DNA from: Epiperipatus broadwayi
Lineage: Eukaryota > Animalia > Onychophora
Direction of reading: 5' to 3'
Assembly (NCBI GenBank): GCA_028023455.1
Contig: JAQFVV010000009.1
Location: 11,718,001 to 11,782,000 of the forward strand
DNA: 64,000 nt
This document shows, in pieces, positions 1-13,934 of this stretch. Positions within the stretch are counted from its first letter, which is position 1. The number at the start of each line of letters is the position of its first letter. The position numbers and the translations under genes are program-made. The notes beneath the pieces are model-generated. The model did not search any database. It saw only the letters and a list, made by a program, of their open reading frames with translations, and was not told the DNA's origin.

Positions 1-559
1 TGCACAAATATATGTGTCTATTACACATTATTGAATTATTTTCTTAACAAACATGCAATATTTATTTTCTAAATATTATTATAAAAAATATTCAAATTTT
101 ATTATCACTTAAAAAAAAAACTTTGTTTTAGATTTCTCTTTTAAAAATCTTATATTCGTTTCCAAATTGGTTTTAAACTGTATTATATGATTCTTTCTCT
201 CTTTATGATTTTTGTACTTTCACTTTTAAAATTACACAATTCTAACACATTCCAGTAAATAAACTATTCTTACTTAAACGATAACATACCCTCAGTTCTA
301 TTTTATTCATTATTTCTATAAAAATATCTTTCTGACGATGCAGATTCACGAAAACAAGGATAGCGAAAATAGATGCACAGGATCAAAATAACTAGAATAT
401 TATCCGTCATAAACCTTGACAATAATGGCACAGTGAATTCAAAGACACTATAGAGGAGTGGCCTTTGTCTGTCTACCCACCTCTATTATAGGAGTGATGC
501 TAAAGCTATTTCTTCAGCTTTATATAACATCAAAGAGTTTAAAAGATACGTAAAGACAC

Positions 560-2218
560 TGTCCAAAATATATGTGTTCAGTGATAGTGCTTAGTTAGCT
601 ATACTGAAATCACACAAACTAACTATGATCCAAATACTTTATTTTTCTTATTTCTTAGCAAAACATCATCTTGGTTTCCTCTACACTAGTACTACCAAGT
701 CACTATCCGATCTTATTTCTCTAGATTTTTCTATACAGTACATCGTCAAATTCTTATCTGCCTTTCTAACAATAATAAAATTCATTTTATTTCCAAAACT
801 ATACAGCTGTTCTCTAAGAAAATCTTTTACTACTGTTCTCGTATATTTATCATATACAAACTATTTTAAAATATCTAATACTTTGTTACATGAAAGTTCA
901 AAAGAATCACACAATTGTTTTGACAACTTATACTATTAATTATACTCGAAATAACTTATTGCATGCATATTTAAAAATTATTCTTATCTCAGAATATGTT
1001 TTAATGTTGTATAAAATGTGTACTTATAATTTTAAAACTTTCACACATCATTCTTAATCAATAGATGATCTGAAAAAAATACATTATGCATTATGAATAA
1101 ATACCAAAATTACCAAAACGATCTTGATCTTCTCGATCGTGTTCTGTAGGCTTCACCATTCCATTAATTCTTGTAGATATAAAAATTCCATACATACTTT
1201 TTATTTTTAAAACAATATTTCTATCATTCTATTAAGCTATTATATTTAAATCTCATTATTATTAAATTTATGTTTATATGTTTTCCCTAAACTAATATAG
1301 CATTTTATATTTTAAATATAATCAATAAAACATTTAAATTATATTTACGATACTTCTTCACCAGACTTTCTTGAACCGTTCATAATTAAGCTAAAAAAAA
1401 AATATTTTATTTCTTCTTTTAGTCACTTAATGTTCTATTTTAAAGTAAAACAATTACTACTCTGTTTAATAAATATTCATAGACTACAATCCTTGGTTTT
1501 CACAATATTGTATACAATTATTAATTCATGGCATTCTCTTTTACTCTTGTCTGCTAATATTTTCCCGCGCGACTTTTCCGATGCATCTTCTGGGTACATT
1601 TATTTAAATATTCAATAAAATTTTCTGGTTTCCATGGATCCATTTTCATTAAGTAATTTAATTTTATATTTTATCAATCAAGCATTTTCTCCATTGAATT
1701 CTTTATAATATTTTTTTATCATTTCTCTTAGATAAAGTTTTTCTGTTCTTTTCCCTAAGACGTATAATAGCACTTTCATATTTTTCTTTACTTTTCTTTA
1801 TTTCAAATTCTGGAACTATATTTTTAATAATGTTTTCCTTTAAAAGATAACACTCTTTCTTCATCATTATTTTCTTTATAAATAAATGCATATTAAATTT
1901 TTCCATAGAGAAGAATAAAATAACTTTAAAGTAGCCTTATAAATTCTGTGCGTCATAATTTTTTCCTGACGGCAAGTAACTTCTCTTTTAAGTTCTCATA
2001 TGGCGTCCCAATTATATTTCTTTGAGTTATAACGATAAGTTTCTGGTTGAGCATAAATAAAGTTGTATTAAGGTACTCTCCCAATATTTTTCCTTCAGTA
2101 ATAAATTTAGGTATTTTTCCTTGTACTTCCATCTCCACTGTAGGTTTTTGGTTAAATTCGAATAAATTTCCCTGGTAAGATAACTTTTAAAATTAGCAAT
2201 CCATATCGATACAGTCAA
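560..2218 (-). mobile_element. Highly degraded non-LTR retrotransposon relic (RTE-like RT and linker fragments)
   Basis: Minus-strand translation near 640-930 gives ...VVKDFLREQLYSFG...YCIEKSRE, resembling the RTE RT QxGFR...EKxRE region. 1400-2218 is K/E-rich and broken by stops. Motifs are weak. Confidence 0.35.
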
Positions 2219-2390
2219 AATATTTTATATGTTACAAAAGAATTTTTGAATAAATACAAAATTTTAAATTTATATCACTTTTCAAGCTACGGTGTTATCA
2301 GCTACAAAATGTGTTACTTTCCCTTTCACTTTCACATTCCTTCTCCTGCTCCATCTAAACTATATTTTTGTCTGCTAAATTACCTCCGTT

Positions 2391-2694
2391 GATTGGTTAA
2401 TGACTTTATTTTAGCGCGAACAAATTTATCCATTTTAGTTTTATAACAGAATAGACGTTTAAACTAAAGAATTGATGACGTCATGTCTCAAAATATTATT
2501 TAGACTATATTTTTAAATTCAATTATACTTTTATAAAAATTATTTAAGCTTTTAAAATAATTATTAAAATAATATTTAACATTTAAACTTTTACTTTAAT
2601 GATTGATGGCAATTATATCTAGTTTTAAATTCACAAACTTTTATTCTTATTTTAACAAGCGTGTGTGTAAAGGTATATAATATACAGTCACGTG
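2391..2694. promoter_or_regulatory. Cluster of promoter-like motifs in a CpG-retaining patch
   Basis: GATTGG (CCAAT box, reverse) at 2391, E2F-like TTTTAGCGCGAA at 2409-2420, CRE TGACGTCA at 2476-2483, E-box GTCACGTG at 2687-2694. Motif matches only. Confidence 0.25.
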
Positions 2695-5600
2695 TTTACT
2701 AACTTTATCAAATGATTTTTTATTTAAGTCTCGGTCTAAATTACCAAAACTAATATATTTTTATAAAAAATTTGGAAAATAATTTTAAAAATGTAGAACT
2801 AAATATAATTCTCACCATCCCAAAGTTTATTTTAAAATAGACTTTATTAAATTTGACTATTAAATATATTTACAACACTACATATAGTATTTATTTAATT
2901 TATTAGTTTTAAAATATTATACTCAAATTATTAATCTACCTTTTAACTATTTATAGCTGTATTATTTTGTATGGCCAGCTTTTACAACCATAAGCAAGGA
3001 TATTATTAAGCTTTATTTAACTGTTTTCTTTTAAAATAATCTATTACATTTTTAGATACCAGGTATTTTCAGCTTAAAATTGTACTATAAAATCTAATTA
3101 TCCTACTATTATTTATATATCATACAAATATAACTTAAAATTTAAAATTTTTTTTTAGTAATTGACCTTTCTACCTACAGATAAGGTTACAATAAGGGCA
3201 TATATATATATACTGTATATGTTTTATTCATTCTGTCATGAGATTGAAATGTCTCAATATATGTTTATCAATAGTTTGTCATTGTACTTATTTGACATGT
3301 ACATTATTATCAAAATCATGATCTTCCAAATATAAAATGAAGATTTTATCTATCATATCCTAGCTACTGTTTAGATCGATAATCTATTATATTTTAAAAA
3401 CAAAAAACTTAAACAATGAAATTGAATTATACTATATCATGAATTTTTTTAAAAAATATTTGATTAAATTTTCATAGAATAGCTTTAAATAGCACTCACT
3501 TTTAAAAAAAAAAAAGAGTGCAGCCTAAAGCTATTGGGAATATTGATTGCTGGCATGTAAGATTATATTTAGGTATTTAAAAACAATAAACTCTTCCCCC
3601 AATGATTTGATGAGATGAAATAGGAATTTATCAATGAAAAATAACAAAAATTCACTGTAAACAAAGGCTGAAAATTTTCATTCTCCTATATATATATATA
3701 TACTATATATATTAAGACAATTTGATTCTATTTAATGATATATATTAATATACATGAAGTTGTGCTATTTTAATTTTTTTATATCAGTTTATATACAGCA
3801 TTAAATAAACAAATAATTATTGACTTGTTTTTGTGTGCTTATTTTGTAAGCAAGATTTGATTTTAAGCCCTAAGACTACTTATGTCAGATTATCTTAAAT
3901 TAGTTAATCTTTATGCTTGTGAAATTTTTGGCATGTTTCTAAACATGTGTACAAATAGAAAATTTGTGTTTATCTTCATTGTTTTTTCATAAGCAAGTTC
4001 AAAAGCATATAAAGAATTGCAAGTCAATTTGAAATAATTTGAAGTTGAAGTTTTAGTTGGAATGTTAAGAGAGAAGCTGTCCCCAAGCAATACGCTTATT
4101 GTGAATCAACTCTGCAATTTAATGTCATTGATATCAATATGAATGTTGAAATGATATTTAATTAAAAAGATACTTTAGGATCAATTTGAAAAGATCGTTT
4201 TCTCCATTATTATTATATTATTTACAAATTTCCAGATTATTAGAAATCATAAACTTAAATAAATTTATAAGAGGATACACAAAGCAAGAAAGAATTCTAT
4301 AATTTTTCCTTGATCAACACTAAATTACTACATATAAAACCATTGCAGTTATCTATTGATTGATACATCACAATAAGGCTAAATGGTAAAGAAAGAAAGA
4401 AATATTTTTAACTGACATATTTAGAAATTAAGTCTCACAATATGTAATGATAATGAAAGTTTAAAATATTTCTACACTATTAATTTTTTTATAAATAAAT
4501 TTGCCTATGCATATTTAGTAATTTATATTTGCTAAAAATCTGGATAAAGTATTTAAATTATTATTTGATATTTAAATAACTAAATTAGGTGGTACACACA
4601 TTTGCAAAAAAAAAAATAAAAAAAAACACATTCATTAATTACATATAAATTATCACAGAGTATTTTTTTTTCTTAATTTTATCAGATTTTGGGTTTACAA
4701 TTAGGAGGTAAAATCTGAAAAATTCACAAATCTGAAAAAGTCCTGGAATGAGACATTTCCGATACATAGCATGTTGTGTATAAATGTATTAATTGAAACC
4801 AACGTTAGAAAATTAAACTTAAATATGAAATTTAATTTTATGTTAATAATTAATGTGATATATGAGACAGTGCGCAAAAAATTTTTAACACATGCCAAAA
4901 AGCTAGTTACGTCTTTGCACATATTTATGTACACAAATCTATAAAAAAGTTACTAATGTATTACTAAATATGTAAACATTTATGAAGAGCAAAATTTGAT
5001 GTTTCCAAATTTTATATTGAATACATTTAACCTCTTAGTATTTTCAAGTAGACTTTTTTATTTAAATTACTTAGTTCACCAAACATTTCTAATCACTATT
5101 CAGTGTTTAGGTAATATACTGAACATGTAAAATTCTAAGTTAATAATTATTCACCATATACATGATTGTTTTTTAAAAATTACCATGCCTCCTTTTTTTT
5201 CAAATTTGGTAAACATTAAATGGAAACATCACTATTAAATGTTACTTTTTTCTAGAAACAATGTATAAACTATGACAACTCCTTATCATTGAAATGTAAT
5301 AATTTAAATACAATAATAATAATACTTCTTGCATAGAGAAAATAGTAAAAACTTTAACAATGACTTTAATGCATTTTCAATTCTAAGCACTCTTTTTGAA
5401 GGCAAACATTGTATGCAAAATAAAAATGTTCTGAATATAATTAGAATGTTTGACATTAAAAATATAGTAAGGTTATAGTTAAAATTCTTAATATTTTGGC
5501 AAGTAAAGATCAGTTCTGTATTACATAAACACCTATGCGTGTAAAAATAGCAAACTAGTAAATATATATAAAAAAAACCTTATAATTATTAAATAATTTT

Positions 5601-6617
5601 GGTGATATACTTTGGACTGTAGTTTCAGACACATGTATTTTTCTTTCACTAAGTAGATTTTTATAAAGACACACGTAAATTGTATGTAATAAACTTAATT
5701 TGTGTAATAATAATTATATAAATAGAAACAGTAAATACAGTATTATGATCTTTAAAATAATAATCAGAGAACAAAAATGGATGTTTTTTTTAATATTTTA
5801 AATACATAAAGAATTATTTGTATTATAAGAAAAACTATGTTTTAAACTTTATATAGAAAAATAGAAACAAAGTGATAAGGCTTTAGAGAAACAGGCGTCA
5901 AAAATAATATTAAAAATTAAGTTTGTAATTTTTCTAGACATTGAACAGTTAATTCTATATAATGGAAATAGTTCAACTTATAACTATAATAAACATTATA
6001 AATTACGTTTTAAATCTTGAAAAGATATTGAATTGTAAAAAAAAAAAAAAAAGGGGAGGGAAGATTGTAAATTAAAAATGGAAAAAAAAATATATATTCT
6101 GCAAACACTATACAGTTTGGTAGCATTTGAAAAATTAATATTTGATTGGTTAATTTTTTTAATGATATTATTTGGCTATTTGAAGTCTGAAATAATTTAT
6201 TTGATATCAAATAATTTATTTGGTTATTTGTTCTCATTGTATAGTAATTAAGGTCATATTAGAGATATTCATTATTATTCATGATTTCATTATGTAAACA
6301 TATTTTAAAGTTTTCTAATCATTATCTAATCAGGTTGTAAAGATTAACAAAATTAAATAATTTTATTTAATTGATTTTTATTAATATATCAAAAAGGTCT
6401 TATTTTAAAAACTTATTGATCTACTTAAATTTTTAAATAGTTTCAACTTATATCTGCTTATGATATACAGGTTAGTCATGATTAATATAAAAATATTGAT
6501 TTAACACAATAACATTATTCATGCAATATTGCCACTTAGTACAAGCTATAGTAATCATTAGATATGAAAAGATTTATTAATGCATGAAATCCCTATCTAG
6601 TGTCTATCATCCAATAT

Positions 6618-6657
6618 CCCCAGACTAGTTTTTAGCTCATGGCTTCCATCAGTGAGG
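6618..6657 (-). ncRNA. Degenerate minimal type I hammerhead ribozyme (Penelope-type)
   Basis: Minus strand reads CCTCA-CTGATGGA-AGC catga GCT-AAAAA-CTAG-TC-TGGGG: stem I CCTCA/TGGGG, palindromic stem III CTAG, UC site. Core is mutated (extra G; GAAA to AAAA). Confidence 0.5.
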
Positions 6658-7439
6658 AGACTTTGATCTGAGAGCATTGCACTTAGATCTTTGAACGTAT
6701 CCCTCCAGCAGCCACCTTTTATCTTCTTAGTTAATATAAAGCTATGATTTCAAATGAAATCACAATAATGTTTTCAATCCAAACTATTTTATTTCTATAG
6801 TCATATAGATATGAAGCTAGTTCAGTAATTATATATTTAGGCAACATTGTATGGAGAAGTTGGTATTGTCTTGATAGATTGTATAAGAAATGGTGGTCAT
6901 GGATGTTATGGTATTTTAAAATTTTGATTTCTAAATCTTTTTTTTTTTTTTTTTGATTAAAGTTATCACTAAATTATAATGTCAAAAATTAACTATAGCA
7001 GTTTTTAAACTATTATTGTGCAGAAGGGTATTCAACAAAGAATAAAAGAATGCTTAAGAAAAATTAATTGATGAAAAATTTCATTAGAAATAAATAATCA
7101 ATGATTCATTGCTTGGGCACCATATATATTTTATAAATAAAGTTTGCAAAACATTATATGATTCTAATTTACTCAATATTTTTTAAGTAGCAAATCTATT
7201 TCTCCATACTTGATTAATCAGTTAGATTTAAAACATTAAGTATTTTTGTATTTCAGATTAATAGTTTAATAGTAAGAAAAGAAGAAAAAAATGGCTGCTG
7301 TTCTAAAGCTGCATTAGATCTAAAAAAAGAAATTCATATATATTATGTCCAGATCCAAAACTCATTGCCAACTGTTTTATATATGTTTGTGTATGATTAT
7401 GTATGTGTTATAAAGCTGGGAAACAATGATTTCCATCTA

Positions 7440-9076
7440 AAAATAATTGAAATACAACTAAAGCAATGTCAATACATTTATTAGATCTATTTACAATAAC
7501 AACATACCTATTTACAACAGTTAAAAGTGTTCACTTCCCATTACAGTTAATGAGCTTACAAAACATAGTTATTGCCATAACAGAATGGATTGGAGAATTG
7601 CCTGTCTTTTTTTAATAAATATAATACTTCCAACTACATTGGCTTGCCTTGTGAAATTTCTAATAGTATTTTCTGTGTGAAGCTTCCTGTTCAGATTTGA
7701 ATTCTATTACAAATTAAACTCAAATTTATAGCTGGCTTCACAAACTTATTGTGAACAATTAAATTTACTGTTGGTTGTCTTGCTTGTACCATTGACTTTT
7801 TATTTATATTTATTATTGTTTTAACAATCAACTGTGTTGTATTCTTTATCCAATTTAAAGAGTTTATTCGTTTGGATAATTCCATTATTGTAACTAAATT
7901 TCAGAAAAGTCCAGAATATTCCCTCTCCTTGGATGATGTTAGCTTTAGAATGTATAATGTTAGTGATAAGATTATCTTATTGCTTTAATTTCTGATCTGG
8001 TTTCTATAGATCTTGCAATTGATGATCTGCTTGGCTTATCAAGATCTGAATTAATGAGTTTCTCATTCTCTCATGATGTTTTCTAGTCATGCTGCCATTG
8101 GTCTCTGTATTCATTTAATGTTTGGGCAGCCACTTATCTTATGCCTCTATAACTATTGTTGTTATCCATACAAAAAACCCATTGAACATATGATATAGTG
8201 TGCAAATATATATCATCATTTTATTTTCATCATTGTTTTTCCTTTATACCAACCAGACTTGAGACTGATATTATCCCTTGTTGGTATATTTTGGTTTATC
8301 TAATAGTGTCAGCATTGGTGGGACATTAAGGCTACAAGATGTAGGATTTAACCTCTTTTTTCATCTGCTTTATCTTTGGACGTATACTAGACAAATCTCT
8401 TATAATTTCTGATTGACCTCCTGTTGGGAATGCTATTCTTGGCTTGCAGGCAATATATGCATTTTTAATTGAGAGCTCCAACCTATATGTGTAGTAGACT
8501 AGATGTAGCTCTTGGTTTTTTATTTGGCCAATCCATGCAAATCCATTCAATTAACATTTGGGATCCAAGATCATCATTGATAAATCAGGCAATAGATTTG
8601 TTTATCTGTGTCTTGTGTATCTGAATTTGTTTTTATTGATAGATTGATTAGTCGATTTTCTTTTTAAGTTTCTTGTCTTTATGATGTGACTGTATTTGGT
8701 TACTGCATAGCCTAAATAATTGAACCAGTCTTAACCCAATAAATTATTATGCTCTCCTGCAATCACAATAAGAGGCAAATTTTTTTTTTTTTTTCAGAAA
8801 ATTTTAATTTTTACTCTTGCTTCAAACACGAATTGAATTTTGTTATCTTTATAATCTGTAATCATATTACTGATAGGATGCAATCAATGATTATTATTTG
8901 TCTTGATCAACGACAGTTCAAGTATTTTGGACACAACATTCACTGCAGATTTAACTGTTAATATTTGCATATCATTAATAGTAATTTGAGCTTTGAAGGC
9001 TTAATAATTGCCTTTTACATTTTTTATATCGATTTATAAGATTTTTCTGATTTTTTAAGAAAGCAGTTTCTATATA
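7440..9076 (-). mobile_element. Old Ty3/Gypsy (Mag-like) relic, protease/pol/3' part
   Basis: Minus-strand fragments QITINDMQILTVKSAVNVVS (protease-like), NLLG*DWFNYLG, GQIKNQELHL and IACKPRIAFP match the protease/RT junction of the younger Gypsy copies in this window. Many stops and deletions. Confidence 0.6.
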
Positions 9077-9663
9077 CTCTACATCAGGCATGTCAAACAC
9101 ATGGCCTGCCAATTCTGGTAACTATAATGGTCATATATTTTTTAACAATATTGGACTTTTTGAATTATGATTATACATACATAAGTGAATTAACTAAATG
9201 CTACTTGTATATTGACCTATCTACCAAGCTTAGCAGATGATTTTTTTAAAAAATATAATTTCAGGGCTATAAAATAAATGTTAAAAAACAAAATGGCTGA
9301 CAAGTAGAGATCTTACTTAATATTTACATTTTTTTTTTTATTATTGTTAATTTAAAAAAAAGAAAAATTTCTGCAAAAATTAATTATAATATTTCCAATT
9401 TATTTATAATTATTTTTGTATTAAGTCAACTTATTAATATAAAAATAATAAAAATATAAAAAACATAAAGTGTCATCTTATGCTTTTTAGAAGGCAGGAT
9501 CTTGTATCTTTGTAAATACTTCACTGCATGCTGTTCTGTCAAAAGAAAATCCCAGACTTTTGTCATTTTGTCAAAAACGCATTTCAAAAATTTTTCCTTT
9601 TTATTAAATATTGTAGTAAATGCTTTATTGCCTATGCAATGTGTCCACAAAATTAATTCAGTG

Positions 9664-9843
9664 TTATACTCCAGAACATATTAATCATATGAGATATCAA
9701 ATCATCTCAAACATTAAGAATTTATTCACAGAGGGCATAGCTGAAAATTTCTTAACATTTGAGGTGATTTCATATTTGAAATTTCTTAACATTTGAGATG
9801 ATTTGATATTTATTTCAGGCAATGTTGTGCTCTGGAATTATAA
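9664..9843. repeat. Imperfect hairpin with one arm duplicated, inside the hAT 5' region
   Basis: ATATCAAATCATCTCAAACATTAAGAATTT (9694-9723) is near reverse-complementary to two tandem arms at 9746-9775 and 9779-9809. Weaker outer arms near 9664-9680 and 9823-9843. Confidence 0.75.
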
Positions 9844-10000
9844 ACATATGAAGTATGCTATTGTTTGCATATGTGAGTCACTTCTGAGATTTAGAAAAGC
9901 TGGTAATGTCTGTGTCATTCTGACAGTTTAACTGGGCTCTGAATGTGAACGAAAGTATACTGATAGTGTTTCCTTTGAAATTATTAAAAAATTCATAATA

Positions 10001-11776
10001 ATGTCAAAGCCCTCTACCAGTATGAATAAAAAAGATGCATTGGAGAAGAACATCACAGTTTTCAAGAAAAAATGGGAATTACAATATATTTTATTGAAAA
10101 TAAAATAAAATTTTATATCTGATATGTAGAAACTTTATTGCAATTTGCAAAGAATATAATCTCAAGAGATGGTATGATATAAACCATAAAGAATGCTATG
10201 ACAAATATGTTGGGAAACTTTGAGAAGGTAAAATGTCAGAATTAAAACTGACATTCAGAAAACACCAAAGTATACTTACCAAGCCTACTGAGGATAATGA
10301 GGCTGTTGTTAAAACCAGCTGTTTATTAGCACTCTTAATTGCAAGCAAGTCAAAACCATTTGCTAAATGGCAATTTATTTGCAAATGCATTGTTAAAGCA
10401 ATAAAAGTGTTATGTCCAGAACAAATACGTTCAAAAATATAAGTTTATCTCAAATACCATTGCTAGCAGGATTTCTGAAATAACTGAGAATTTAAGGAAT
10501 CAACTAAACTCAATAATTCCAACATTTTGAGAGATATTTCATTGCAATTGTGAAAATGCAGAGAATACTGCTCAATTAACTGTTTTTATTCATGGATGTG
10601 ATGTAAACTTGAAAGTTAGTGAAGAACTTATATCTATACATGATACAATTAGAGGTATTGATATTTTAGATAATCTTATGAAAGTTTTGATTCAATACAA
10701 TTTACTGTTTAAAAAAGCTAGTTTGTTTAGCAACTGATAGTGCTCTTGCCATGATGGATGTTCTTAAAGGTGTTGTTACAAAGTTAAAAGAAAAATGCAA
10801 AGAAGAAGGTAATGACTATTTGCAACATTTTCATTGCATTATTCATCAGCAAATATGCTCCAAAGTTTTAAATATTAGTTATATGCTGAAAAATGTCACT
10901 AAAATTGTAAATTATATTCATGCACATGCCCTTAATCATTGTCAGTTTGTTAAATTTCTAGAAGATGTAGAAGTGAATACATTGATCTTCCTATTATACA
11001 GAAATTATATGTCTTTCCAGTCATAATATTTTGTTATGATACTTTGAATTACTGGATGAAATTCCTATTTTTTTAGAATTGAAAAATTATGAATGTGAAA
11101 TATTGTGAGATGATCAATGGATAAAGGACTTGATATTACAAATCACCTTATTCAATTTAATCTTAAACTACAAGGCAAATATCATATAGTCACAATGATA
11201 TTTGACAATATTAATGTTTCAAACAACAATGATTAATTTCGAAAATAAACAACTTCAAAATGAGAATATATTTTGAATGGTGCCAGTCAATATTACAAAA
11301 ATCACTGGGATTGAAATTTTCAGAATACACTAGTCAAATTGCAATATAAGAAAATGAATTTGAAAGAGGAATTTTCATTTCCAAAATGTGAAATTCAATT
11401 TCATATATTTAATTCCCTATCAATTGATGTTGAAACCGTGGATGATAATTTACAACTAGAATTAATTGAAATTCAATGTGATTCCATATTGAAACAAAAA
11501 ATATAGAAGTTGGGATTCCAAATTTCTATAATTATTTATCAGTCAACCAATTTCCCAATATAATGTGTGCATTAGGGGATTTTAGCCATGTTCAGCAGCA
11601 CATATTTGTTTGAGCAATTATTTTCAATTTAAAAAACAATAAGACTGTGGAAAGATCAAGATTAATGGACTAGCATATACAATCAATTTTATAAATATCT
11701 ACAACACAACACATTCAACCAAATTTTGAAAAGTTAATTAATGAAAAACAATGCCAAGTTTCTTCAAAAAAAATAA
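10001..11776 (+). pseudogene. hAT (Buster-type) transposase pseudogene
   Basis: LICRNFIAICKEYNLKRWY (BED-like), HFHCIIHQQ (CxxH motif), HALNHCQF, the dimerisation motif MFSSTYLFEQLFS...RSRL and C-terminal EKQCQVSS. Multiple stops and frameshifts. Confidence 0.9.
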
Positions 11777-11987
11777 TGCAATATTATTGAAATAAATTGG
11801 TGTTAGTTTGGAAAACAGTTTTGGTACTTTTCATGCATTGTTTAATGTAGTTATATTTTGTCATATGTTATTTTATATGTAAAATTACAAAATTAATAAT
11901 AAATAATGTGCTTTCTTTTAATTTTTGGTGTTTATTGCAATGTGACTCACAACTGTCATAAATGAATTTGACATGCCTGCTCTATAT

Positions 11988-12200
11988 GATTGTATTATCT
12001 GCAAATTTTATATCTATGAGGATGTTTGATGTATGTGTCTCAATGCTTAATATATCTATAGTAAGATTTTCCAATAACACTTATAGTATCTTATTTTAAT
12101 AGTCTTTAAAAGTATTTTTAGCTACAGGTGCCATACTTTTGTTTTAATTATATGTGTATTATCGATCAATTTAAGATTGGGGCCAACATTTTATAATGGA
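11988..12200 (-). mobile_element. gag fragment of the Mag-like Gypsy relic split by the hAT
   Basis: Minus-strand VGPNLKLID...APV and PHRYKI resemble the Mag gag LLxxxGPxxYxL..P and RYKF motifs. Contiguous with 7440-9076 once the hAT and one TSD copy are removed. Confidence 0.4.
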
Positions 12201-13489
12201 GTCACCTGACTCCCTAGCATTTCAACTAAGTATGCATGAGATACTTCATAATTGAAATTGGTACTCAGGTCCATTAACAACTTACCCTTAGCTTATGATT
12301 CTTGATCACACAAAAAAATAGTCAGCATCTCATTTAAAAAATCTTTGGAATCATCACTCAATGTTAGCTTTTTGAGTGTTATAGCAGAATCTCTGGTCTT
12401 TTTTTTCTCCCTTATCCTGGAAGTTGAAGTTGCATCTCTGAAATATAATTAGAAATTTAGCTTAGAAATAATCTAAGCAAAAAGATTGCTTTATCAAAAA
12501 CTAGATCACATGGAATCATAGATTTTACTGAGAATGTAAAACTTTTTTCCATGTTAGATATTCAAATCTTAGAAATTTTTGAATAGGTTTATCTTAAGAG
12601 TCCACATATATTGGACAGTTTTCTATATTACCCAAATCAAACTCTCAGAAAATTGATCTTGCATTTTGACTTATTTATTTTTTGCTTTCCACTATAGAGG
12701 TGTGGGGTTAAGTTTTTAAAAGAAATAAAACAATTTTTAGCATTTTGAAATTCTATTTCTTTTTTTTATTCAACTAATGTTAATAATATTAGCTATTGTC
12801 AAAACTCACTTTTGTAGAATCCTAAATTATCAATGTTTTAATGATAAAAATTTAATCGACCCACATGAATTAGATTCTGTCTGTATTGCACCAATTCTAT
12901 TGCTGCAATACCATTCCAGTTTTATTGTTATATATGTTTTGTGGTGGGAAATGTTAATAAATAATTGGAATACAATTAAAATAATGTCAAAACACTTATT
13001 TCATTTATTTATAGTAATAACACATTTTCAACAATTAAAAAATTTGCTGCCCATTATGAATGGTGATCATACAAATGTGTTGGGCTGAAGAAATGCCATG
13101 ACTTTCTAATAAATCTAACTCTTCTAATCATATTGCTTTGCCCTGTGAAAAGTATGAAACTATTTGCTACCTGCAGCTTCCCATTCTGAACTTGCATAAG
13201 CCTGAGTTGTGAAGATAGTGGGTAATATTCATTACTGTTATAGTGATTTTAGTTCAGTGAATTATTCATATATCATGTAGTTTGCATTCTCTTTCAGAAT
13301 AAACCTCAGTTTAAGTTTATTGTGAGCAATTATATTTGCTTACTCATTTAATTGGCATGTCATGTCATTGGCTATTTGTTTACATTATTGTTATTTCATT
13401 AGTTTACCATATTGTAGTCTTAATGTGATGTAGTGAGCTATATAATTTGGACAGACTTATTATTGGAAGCAAACTTGAGATAAGTCTCC

Positions 13490-13525
13490 AACACTGATGA
13501 AGGTCATAAACTAGAAAATAGTCTG
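13490..13525 (+). ncRNA. Degenerate hammerhead ribozyme motif
   Basis: CTGATGA (13494-13500), A-GGT cataa ACT-A, GAAA (13514-13517), ATAG-TC. Resembles the GAAACTAGTC Penelope form. Stems are weak. Confidence 0.4.
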
Positions 13526-13934
13526 AAAAAATAGATAGAATAGTATGGGATAAGGATTTATTAAGTTTTTGCCTTTGGCATATATTGATTATTTAAGTTT
13601 AGACTAGATAGCAGAACTGGAATAGGAGAAATAGATTCACTGGTTAATTTTATTCTTTCTATATTTATGAAGATTATTTTCATAAAACAATTTATTTTTG
13701 AGGCTGTATTAATTTTAATCTCCTATAAATAATTTTAATGAAGCAATATAGATTGTATATGTATATTTTAGGAACAAAAGTTTTTAATAATTGTTAGTAT
13801 ATTTAAATTAGTAAATATTTGATATCATAATTATTACATTTTTTTATTTGAAATGAATACTTAAGTTTATATAAGCAAACCTTTAATTTTATGCTTTTTT
13901 TAACCTTACATCAAGAATGTTCTAGAGTCTAGAC

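Larger units (their letters stand above)
9085..11979 (+). mobile_element. hAT DNA transposon (Buster/SPIN/Charlie, GTF2IRD2-like), complete ends
   Basis: 13-bp perfect TIR CAGGCATGTCAAA (9085-9097) / TTTGACATGCCTG (11967-11979). 8-bp TSD CTCTACAT (9077-9084) vs CTCTATAT (11980-11987). Internal transposase relic. Confidence 0.93.

Noticed and set aside
331-362. Hammerhead-like CTGACGA-TGCAGATTCAC-GAAA
   Set aside because: Stem II needs a back-mutation and no stem III or NUH site follows. Too weak to call.
625-939. 104-aa plus-strand ORF as a gene
   Set aside because: Hydrophobic low-complexity translation, antisense to a probable RT relic, with no splice or domain support.
12500-13250. Tc1/mariner-like relic
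   Set aside because: Only isolated words (KVMAF, VLQQ) and no ordered DDE motifs or TIRs could be confirmed.
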